A stretch of 64,000 nt of DNA from an uncultured bacterium (GTDB taxonomy: Bacteria; UBA8481): the NCBI GenBank assembly GCA_964499705.1, contig CAZCME010000003.1, forward strand, positions 248,001-312,000, written 5' to 3'. Under the pieces are notes generated by a model that made no database searches, was not told where the DNA came from, and saw only the letters and a list, made by a program, of their open reading frames with translations. The position numbers and the translations under genes were made by a program. This document shows positions 57,106 through 64,000 of the stretch, in pieces (position 1 is the first letter of the stretch; each line of letters begins with the position of its first letter).

Positions 57106-59010
57106 ATGACCCATGAGTTGAAGGAGACTTCCGGCATCCGCAAGCTTGCCGGACATCTTGTCCGGTATGCGCGGCCCTATCGAGGCGCGATCGCCGCCTT
57201 GCTCTGCTCCAACCTCCTGCTGGCGCTCCTGACGGCGATCACTCCGCTCCTGATCGCGCCGATCGTGGAAATTGTCGTGGGCGGCGCGCGGCCCGCGGCC
57301 GAATCCGCCGCTTCATCTGAGAGCGCCACCGGAGCGTTCGCCGGACTGGATCTCGCCCATGCCGGGCGCTTCGTTCAACGCCTGCTCCCGTTCGAAGCGC
57401 CGCTCTCGAAGATGGGACAGGTCATGTTGTTCGGGGGCTTGTATGTCCTGGCGGGCTCGCTACGATGGATCGTCTACTTCGCCGTTTACCTCCTCGCGCT
57501 CTGGGTCCGGGTGCGGACCGGACGCGACATGCAGATGGATGTCTTCCAGCGCATTCTCTCGCTGCCGATGAGCTTCTTCACCCGGCACAAGACGGGGGAC
57601 CTGATGTCCCGACTCGAGACGGACACGATGGCGATCACCTCGACGTTCGAACATATCGTGACGGCGCTCATCGTCTCCCCGATCCTGATCCTCTTCTTCG
57701 GCGCTCTGCTCTTCAACACCAGTCCTGTCCTCGCTTGGGCGGCGCTGGCCGCCGGACTATTCCATTACGGGGTCAGCAAGGGGATCGAGCGGCCCATCCG
57801 TCGGCACGTGAAAGCCCAATTCTCGATCTTCGGCGATCTCTATGCCTCGCTCCAGGAATCCCTCCTCTCCATCCGCGTCATCAAGTCTTTCGGAGCCGAG
57901 AATCATGAAGTCCGCAAGCTGTCGTCCACCGTGAAGGAACTCGTCAAGGTCAACATGAAATACGGGATCTTCAAGCACGTCGAGGAACCGGTCCGGGGAA
58001 TCGTGAACCTGTTCATCGAGATGGGAATCCTCCTGCTGGGAGCTTCGCTTCTCGTGAAAGGAGAACTCGCGCCTTCCGCTTTCCTCCTCTTTCTCTACGT
58101 TGGAAAATCGGTCGTCAATCCCATCTCTTCGCTGGGCACGGCATACACGCTCATTCAGCAGACGATCGCGGCTTCCGAAAGGGTGTCCGAATTGACGGAG
58201 GAGGAACCGACCGTCGCGGACGGGACGCGAGAGCCGGAATCGTTTCGCAAGAGTCTCGAGCTGGAAAATGTGACGTTCTCCTATGGTGGAGACCGGGTGC
58301 TTCACGATGTCAGCGTCCGCATCGGAAAGAAGGAGGTTGTGGCGCTCGTGGGAATGAGCGGCGCGGGGAAATCGACGATCACCGATCTGCTCCTGCGCTT
58401 TTACGACCCGGAGCAGGGCCGGATCACGCTGGACGGGACCGACATCCGGGACCTGAAGCAGCGCTCGTACCGGCGCCTCTTCGGCGTCGTCTCCCAGGAA
58501 TGCCTGCTCTTCAATACCACCGTGCGGGACAACATCATGTACGGACGGGTTGAGGAGAGCGAAGATGCGATGGTCTCCGCCGCGCGGATCGCTAATGCTC
58601 ACGAATTCATAATGGAGCTTCCCGACGGGTACGACACCATCGTCGGCGACCGGGGGATCCGTCTCTCCGGCGGCCAGAGGCAGAGGATCGCCATCGCGCG
58701 GGCCGTCTTCGGGCGCCCGGAGATCCTGATCCTCGACGAGGCCACCAGCGCGCTCGACAGCGAATCGGAGAGGCTGGTCCAGGAGGCGATCGAACGCGTG
58801 GTCGAGTCGACGACCGCGATCGTGGTCGCGCACCGCCTCTCCACGATCCGCAAGGCGGATCGGATCGTGGTTCTGCACGAGGGGCGCGTCGAGGCTGTGG
58901 GGAATCATGCGGACCTGATGGGAAAAAGCGCCACTTATCAAAAACTTCACCGGCTTCAGTTCGAGATCCCGCGCGAGGATGGGGAAGGAGCGGATCGTGG
59001 GGATCTCTGA
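57106..59010 (+). CDS. ABC exporter (MsbA/PglK-like fused TMD-NBD), probable glycan flippase
   Basis: GMSGAGKST, LSGGQRQR, ILDEATSALD, AHRLST; located in glycan cluster. Confidence 0.92.
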   Translation: MTHELKETSGIRKLAGHLVRYARPYRGAIAALLCSNLLLALLTAITPLLIAPIVEIVVGGARPAAESAASSESATGAFAGLDLAHAGRFVQRLLPFEAPLSKMGQVMLFGGLYVLAGSLRWIVYFAVYLLALWVRVRTGRDMQMDVFQRILSLPMSFFTRHKTGDLMSRLETDTMAITSTFEHIVTALIVSPILILFFGALLFNTSPVLAWAALAAGLFHYGVSKGIERPIRRHVKAQFSIFGDLYASLQESLLSIRVIKSFGAENHEVRKLSSTVKELVKVNMKYGIFKHVEEPVRGIVNLFIEMGILLLGASLLVKGELAPSAFLLFLYVGKSVVNPISSLGTAYTLIQQTIAASERVSELTEEEPTVADGTREPESFRKSLELENVTFSYGGDRVLHDVSVRIGKKEVVALVGMSGAGKSTITDLLLRFYDPEQGRITLDGTDIRDLKQRSYRRLFGVVSQECLLFNTTVRDNIMYGRVEESEDAMVSAARIANAHEFIMELPDGYDTIVGDRGIRLSGGQRQRIAIARAVFGRPEILILDEATSALDSESERLVQEAIERVVESTTAIVVAHRLSTIRKADRIVVLHEGRVEAVGNHADLMGKSATYQKLHRLQFEIPREDGEGADRGDL

Positions 59011-59716
59011 TCCGATTGTCTTCCCGGTGTTTCGCCGTTTCATCGGGAGCTCGATGTGGTGGCTCCCGCGGCCGCGGCATCGCTGCCGCGTCGGCTTCTT
59101 CGGTTTTCCGGAGAAGAACGAAATCTGCCGGTACGTCGAGAGGCGTTACGGCGTGGAGGGAGAACTCTTCGACGTTCAGCTCGGTAATTGGGACATCAAC
59201 GGCGATCCGTGGCCCCGCGGGAAATTCGACGTCATCTTCTGCTTCCGGACCGCCTGTTTCGCGAAGGATCCCGCGAGGCTCCTTCATTCGTTCCATGAAA
59301 TCCTCAACGATGCCGGAAGGCTCTTCATCGACTGGAGCCTCGGCTCGATTCATTTTCCCCGCGACGGAGACGATTGGACGTTCGGCTGGGAATTCCGGGG
59401 ACGGCGTTGTTACGGCGACTACGGCGGCACGAGGCACTTTCTCCACAGCAACTTCTGGGACGATACCATCCTGGATAGTCGCGCCGGTCGTCTGCTTGTC
59501 GAACATGCGGCGCGCCAGGATCATTACCAGGGCGTTCCGGATTGGCGCAAGCAGGTGCGGTCGGAGTATGGAGCGGGGGAGCTGGCCGGCCTGGAACTGA
59601 TCGAGAGATGGTTTCGAATCCGGAAGATGCACTTCTTCAACACGGCCGAGCGGGGAGGGAGGCCGGGGCTCTACTCCCTCTTCTCCCTCCGGAAAACGCC
59701 GGAGACCGCGCCGTGA
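58997..59716 (+). CDS. Methyltransferase-like protein with degenerate SAM motif I
   Basis: FDVIFC...FAKDP...HEILNDAGRLFID second-half MTase pattern; GTG start after GGAAGGAG. Confidence 0.6.
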   Translation: MGISDPIVFPVFRRFIGSSMWWLPRPRHRCRVGFFGFPEKNEICRYVERRYGVEGELFDVQLGNWDINGDPWPRGKFDVIFCFRTACFAKDPARLLHSFHEILNDAGRLFIDWSLGSIHFPRDGDDWTFGWEFRGRRCYGDYGGTRHFLHSNFWDDTILDSRAGRLLVEHAARQDHYQGVPDWRKQVRSEYGAGELAGLELIERWFRIRKMHFFNTAERGGRPGLYSLFSLRKTPETAP

Positions 59717-60414
59717 GCTGCCTGGTCACGACAAGCTGGGATGACGGAAACCGGCTGGACATGAAGCTGGCCGGGATTTTGCGCCGCTACGGATTCCGCG
59801 GCACGCTCTATATCCCGGGCCGGTCTCCGTACAAGTCGATGTCGGACGCGGAGATCCGCGAGTTGAGCGCGGAGTTCGAGATTGGAGCGCATACGATGAC
59901 TCATCCCGACCTGACCTCCATCGATCCGGCCGACGCCGCCCGGGAGATCAGCCAATCGAAGGATATGGTTCAGCAACTGGTCGGCAAGGACGCCCGGATG
60001 TTCTGCTACCCGAAAGGGCGATACAACGAACGGATTCGGGATGCGGTGGAGGCGACGGGTTTCGCGGGAGCGAGGACCGTCGAGCCGTTCGGGTTCTCGA
60101 AGAGTGCGGACCCCTACCGGATGCCGACGACGATCCATGTGTACCCGATCAGGAAGATCCGGATGCCCGGTTATTTCGATCGCGCGAAGGAAGCGCGGCT
60201 CCCGTTCTATTCCTACTACCGCTGGATCTGGCTGGCGAAGGCGACCTTCGACCATGCCCATCGAACGGGAGGAGTGTGGCATCTCTGGGGGCATTCGTGG
60301 GAGATCGAGAAATTCCGGATGTGGACCGCGCTCGATGAGATCTGCCGCTATGTGGCCGACCGGAATGATGTCACGCATGTCTCCAACGGCGACGTGATCG
60401 GACGCGGCCATTAG
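59713..60414 (+). CDS. Polysaccharide deacetylase (CE4/NodB-like)
   Basis: TSWDDG, EIGAHTMTHPDL, FCYPKG, HLWGHSWEI; GTGA overlap with upstream gene. Confidence 0.9.
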   Translation: MSCLVTTSWDDGNRLDMKLAGILRRYGFRGTLYIPGRSPYKSMSDAEIRELSAEFEIGAHTMTHPDLTSIDPADAAREISQSKDMVQQLVGKDARMFCYPKGRYNERIRDAVEATGFAGARTVEPFGFSKSADPYRMPTTIHVYPIRKIRMPGYFDRAKEARLPFYSYYRWIWLAKATFDHAHRTGGVWHLWGHSWEIEKFRMWTALDEICRYVADRNDVTHVSNGDVIGRGH

Positions 60415-61321
60415 GATCTGGAACACATATCCGCTGCGTCCCGCCCCATGGGGCGGCGGCAACCAGTTCTTGACCGCGCTCTTCGCGGAACTTCGCCGCC
60501 GCGGAGTCGACGTTGTGGTCCGGAGCGAGCCGGGAGTCGATGCGGTCTTTGTGAACTCGTGGAGCCTTTCGGACCTGGATCTTGACGAAGCCGTGAAGCT
60601 GCGGCGGAAAGGCGCCCGGGTCATGCATCGCCTGAATGGGATCGCGCGGCTGTACGGCCGCGATCCGGCCGACGACGACCGGGCCATCATGATCAACCGG
60701 AAGATCGCCGACGTTTCGGTGTTCCAGTCGGAATGGTCGCGCGCCCGATTTCTCGAGCTGCGTCTGGCGCCCTCCGCATCCGTCACCATTCCGAACGGCG
60801 TCGATCCGCGATTTTTCCACTCCCGCGGGAGGACATTTTGGAATGGACGCGATCGCTTCCGCCTCGTCATCTCGAACTGGTCCGTAAACGTCCGAAAAGG
60901 CTTCCCGTACTACCGGCAATTCGATGAGCTGCTGGAGGAGGAGCCGAACGTCTCGATCGACCTGATCGGCAACGCTCCCGATTCCATGCATTTTCGAAAC
61001 ATCAGGATTCATGCTCCGGTCGCGAGCGCGGACCTGGGGGAACTGCTGCGCACGTACCATGGACTGCTGCAGTTCGCCGAGCATGACACCTGTTCGAACG
61101 CGGTGCTCGAAGGAATCAGCTGCGGGCTCCCGGTTCTCTACCTGGACTCGGGAGGTACGAAGGAGATTGCCGGCGCCTGCGGCGTTGCTTACACGGGGGA
61201 TTTCCTGGAGAGCGTCGACCTGCTTCAGGATCAATATGATTCGCTTGTTGCCGGAATCCGCGACCACCCCTTCACGATCGAGAAGGCCGCGGACGCGTAT
61301 CTGGGAGCGCTCGGGCGGTAG
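60410..61321 (+). CDS. GT4-like glycosyltransferase (probable ATT start)
   Basis: PWGGGNQFL lies upstream of the called TTG 60470; VFQSEWS, IPNGVD, DTCSNAVLEG motifs. Confidence 0.85.
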   Translation: MRIWNTYPLRPAPWGGGNQFLTALFAELRRRGVDVVVRSEPGVDAVFVNSWSLSDLDLDEAVKLRRKGARVMHRLNGIARLYGRDPADDDRAIMINRKIADVSVFQSEWSRARFLELRLAPSASVTIPNGVDPRFFHSRGRTFWNGRDRFRLVISNWSVNVRKGFPYYRQFDELLEEEPNVSIDLIGNAPDSMHFRNIRIHAPVASADLGELLRTYHGLLQFAEHDTCSNAVLEGISCGLPVLYLDSGGTKEIAGACGVAYTGDFLESVDLLQDQYDSLVAGIRDHPFTIEKAADAYLGALGR

Positions 61322-61365
61322 GATTTCATCAGTCCCTCCGCCACGCAGGAGGGAAGCAGCCCGGA

Positions 61366-62184
61366 TTATCCGGATGTTTTCCGGCAGGCGAAGAGCATCA
61401 TGTGGCCGAACGTTCGCTCGGCCCATGGCGACCGGCCGAGCCAATAGGGCAACCGCCAGTTCAGGCTTTTCATCTTTGACAGCCATTTTACAGGTGGTAA
61501 CTCATCTTTGATTCCTTTGAAGCTATCGTAGGCAAATTGCTCGATCACCTGGAATCCGGCGGATCCCAGGATCTCCGTCATTTCCGCGGACGAAAAAGCA
61601 TATTGATAAAAGGAAAGTTCCTCGCCGCGCGAAGGATAGAAACCGAGGCGAGCCTTGAGCCGGCGCAGTACGTGAAACGAGGGAACGGAGATCATCATGA
61701 TGCCGCCCGGAGCAAGAATGCGATGCGCTTCCTTCAGAAACGGCTCGGGGCCCTCCCTGCGATGCTCCATCACCCCGAGGGAAATATAGGCCTGGTAGTG
61801 GCCCTCGGGGACGTCAACCCGCGTGACGTCGCCGTCACGGATCGGCAGGTTCGGCTGAAGAGCGCGGACGGCCCGCACCGTCTCCTTCCCCCATTCGATC
61901 CCCTCGCAGTCGTATCCCCGGGCTCGCAGGGCAACGACCACCGTGCCCGGCCCGCATCCCGCCTCGAGAATCCGGCCGGTTCCTGGAAGATGGCGGAGGA
62001 AGGGGGCTTCCAGCGAGCCGAGGAATCCTTTTTCCACCGCCTGATAGGTTTCGCGCGAAAGGACTGTCCGCCAATGATGGTCCCAGAAGTCGATATCGGC
62101 GGCCGTGACGTAGTACGCCAATCGCCGCCCCTCGACGCGTCGCTCTGACGTCGCTCGCCGCGGAACAGGAGTGATGGGCAACAT
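61366..62184 (-). CDS. Class I SAM-dependent methyltransferase
   Basis: ILEAGCGPG, SLGVMEH, LAPGG; ATG 62184. Confidence 0.9.
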   Translation of the reverse strand: MLPITPVPRRATSERRVEGRRLAYYVTAADIDFWDHHWRTVLSRETYQAVEKGFLGSLEAPFLRHLPGTGRILEAGCGPGTVVVALRARGYDCEGIEWGKETVRAVRALQPNLPIRDGDVTRVDVPEGHYQAYISLGVMEHRREGPEPFLKEAHRILAPGGIMMISVPSFHVLRRLKARLGFYPSRGEELSFYQYAFSSAEMTEILGSAGFQVIEQFAYDSFKGIKDELPPVKWLSKMKSLNWRLPYWLGRSPWAERTFGHMMLFACRKTSG

Positions 62185-62194
62185 GAGATCCCTT

Positions 62195-62992
62195 CTACAA
62201 TTTGCCGAGAATGAAGTAGAGGTTCTTCTCCAGGCCGAGCCGCGAGTGGAAGAGCCGGAATAGGAACGGCTGCTCCGCGGGAAGAGGAGAGAAGACCTGG
62301 CTTGCGGCGACGGGGAGATTCCGGAAAAGGTTCCTGAGGCTCGTGCTCGTGACCCAGTTGAGCGTATCGAGAAATGCGGGAGGCCGGCCATGCAACCGGA
62401 GATAAGCCTTGCGGAAGAAACCGGGAATCCACGGCACCCAGTTCATCTTGTAGTGCTGTTCCACGGGATAAAGATAGTTCGGACATTCGATGAAGATTTT
62501 CCCCCCGGGTTTGGCGACCCGCACGAGTTCCTGCGTGGCCTGTTCCAGCGACCGGACATGTTCCAACACCGTGTAGCAGACGACAAGATCGAAGCGATCA
62601 TTCGGGAAGGGAAGTTCTTCGGCGCGCCCGGTCAACGGCTGGATGGTTTTTGCGTCAAGAAAGGAGGCCTTGTCGCGCAAGATTCCGACCGCTTCACTCG
62701 ATAGATCCAGCCCGATGACGCCGGCTCCTCGGGAGGCCAGGTAGACGCATTCTCCGCCCGTACCGCAGCCGACGACAAGGACGCGCTTTCCGTCGAGAGG
62801 GATTCCGAGCGACCGCTCCATGAATGCCATGATCGGCTTGGCGAAGAAGTGTTCCTCCCGCCGCCGCCGCATGATCCTGTCCTCCCAGTCGGGCAGGCCG
62901 AGCGTGTCCAGGTAGTAGCGCTTGTAATAGGCATGGAGCTTGTCCGCGATCGGTTTCGGGAAGGAAATATCGCTCACGTCCGCTGGAAGCAT
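62195..62992 (-). CDS. Class I SAM-dependent methyltransferase
   Basis: VLVVGCGTG, AEELPF, FDLVVCYTVLEHV, KPGG; start 62992 (63016 possible). Confidence 0.9.
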   Translation of the reverse strand: MLPADVSDISFPKPIADKLHAYYKRYYLDTLGLPDWEDRIMRRRREEHFFAKPIMAFMERSLGIPLDGKRVLVVGCGTGGECVYLASRGAGVIGLDLSSEAVGILRDKASFLDAKTIQPLTGRAEELPFPNDRFDLVVCYTVLEHVRSLEQATQELVRVAKPGGKIFIECPNYLYPVEQHYKMNWVPWIPGFFRKAYLRLHGRPPAFLDTLNWVTSTSLRNLFRNLPVAASQVFSPLPAEQPFLFRLFHSRLGLEKNLYFILGKL

Positions 62993-63144
62993 CCCGTGAT
63001 TGTAACCTCCGGGCATGAGTTAGGGTAGCCCGTTGGGCCCGGTTGAGGGAACCGCAGGATCGAGGAGCGGGACTGGAGAGAATCGTGGTGTATTTTCCCG
63101 CGGATTAGTATTACAAATTAACGGGTATTCGAGGGAGACGACGC

Positions 63145-64000
63145 ATGAGATTTCTGGTGGCCGGGTGCGGGTCCATTGGCAAGAGACACGTTCGTAATCT
63201 GGTGCAGATCGGGATCGCGCCCGCCGACATCGGCGTGTACGACCCGAACCCGGATCGCGCGCGCGAAGCCGGTCAGGGGTGCGGCGTGGAGCGGCAGTAT
63301 ACCGATCTCGCGACCGCCCTGGATGACGGACAGTTCGGCGCCGTCCTGGTCTGCGCCCCCACGGCGTTTCATACGCAGGTCGGCCTTCCCGCCGCGGAGC
63401 GCGGTTGTCATCTCTTCGTCGAAAAGCCCATAGCTCGCGACGCTACCGACCTGGAAAAATTGCTGCGTCTTACCGAGGAAAAGAATCTTGTCTTCATGGT
63501 CGCCTACCTTTTCCGGTTTCATCCCGGCTATCGCCTGGTGAAGGAAATCCTGGACGCCGGCACGATCGGGGTCGTATACGCCGCTCGCGTGGAGTGCGGC
63601 CAGTATCTTCCGGACTGGCATCCCCACGAGGACTACAGGCATTTCTACATGTCGAAGGAAGCCGAGGGCGGCGGGGCGCTCCTCGATATCAGCCACGAAT
63701 TCGACTACGTCAGGTCTTTCATGGGGTCGCGGGTCGTCGAGGTGAGCGGCTTCCACGATACGCTCGGCCCGCTCGAAATGGACGCGGACAATATGTCGGC
63801 GACGCTTCTGCGATTCGAGAATCGCGCGATCGCTTCGGTCCACCTGGATCTTCTGCAGAGGACCGTGCGGCGGAACTGCGAGCTGATCGGGGAGAAGGGG
63901 ACCCTGATCTGGGACCACATCTCGAAGACGGTCACGGTTTATACGCCGGCCGACAAGAAGGGCACGGTGCGCAAATACGAGTATGACGGCAACCAGGCCT
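63145..64000 (+). CDS. Gfo/Idh/MocA oxidoreductase, 3'-truncated by window edge
   Basis: MRFLVAGCGSIGKRH, FVEKP, YLPDWHP, GGGALLDISHEFD; no stop before window end, so absent from the ORF track. Confidence 0.9.
   Translation, partial: MRFLVAGCGSIGKRHVRNLVQIGIAPADIGVYDPNPDRAREAGQGCGVERQYTDLATALDDGQFGAVLVCAPTAFHTQVGLPAAERGCHLFVEKPIARDATDLEKLLRLTEEKNLVFMVAYLFRFHPGYRLVKEILDAGTIGVVYAARVECGQYLPDWHPHEDYRHFYMSKEAEGGGALLDISHEFDYVRSFMGSRVVEVSGFHDTLGPLEMDADNMSATLLRFENRAIASVHLDLLQRTVRRNCELIGEKGTLIWDHISKTVTVYTPADKKGTVRKYEYDGNQA

Overview
GC-rich (roughly 60-65% by eye) chromosomal window from a flagellated, probably diderm bacterium; lineage cannot be assigned from sequence alone. It is densely coding (~55 CDS). 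I saw no rRNA, tRNA, CRISPR array, integrase or transposase. Contents: (i) scattered surface-glycan genes (GT2, six GT4s, Wzx flippase, ABC flippase, GT-C, three Gfo/Idh/MocA oxidoreductases, acyltransferase, DegT aminotransferase, deacetylase, five SAM methyltransferases, two B12-radical SAM enzymes); (ii) a signalling block at 18-27 kb; (iii) ydbH/ydbL-like genes, a PilZ protein, kdpABC-kdpDE without kdpF, a stand-alone flgL with a sigma28 box and a ComEC-like MBL nuclease; (iv) an aminotransferase IV-FabG-FabF-BioF operon. Best candidates for undescribed biology: a pore-less voltage-sensor domain fused to a periplasmic domain and HAMP, coupled to an unknown cytoplasmic protein (18382-20458); an exported TPR-CHAT protease with a GATRG-containing partner and a CHASE2 adenylate cyclase (20508-26690); the FabF/FabG/BioF operon; and a composite CAG...CTG MITE family with 9-bp target duplications, one copy of which supplies a gene's C-terminus. 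Also seen: two genes that appear to need non-canonical starts (ACG, ATT) and a recurrent leaderless-type -10 box 6-7 nt before start codons. All family assignments come from motifs read by eye; no searches were run.
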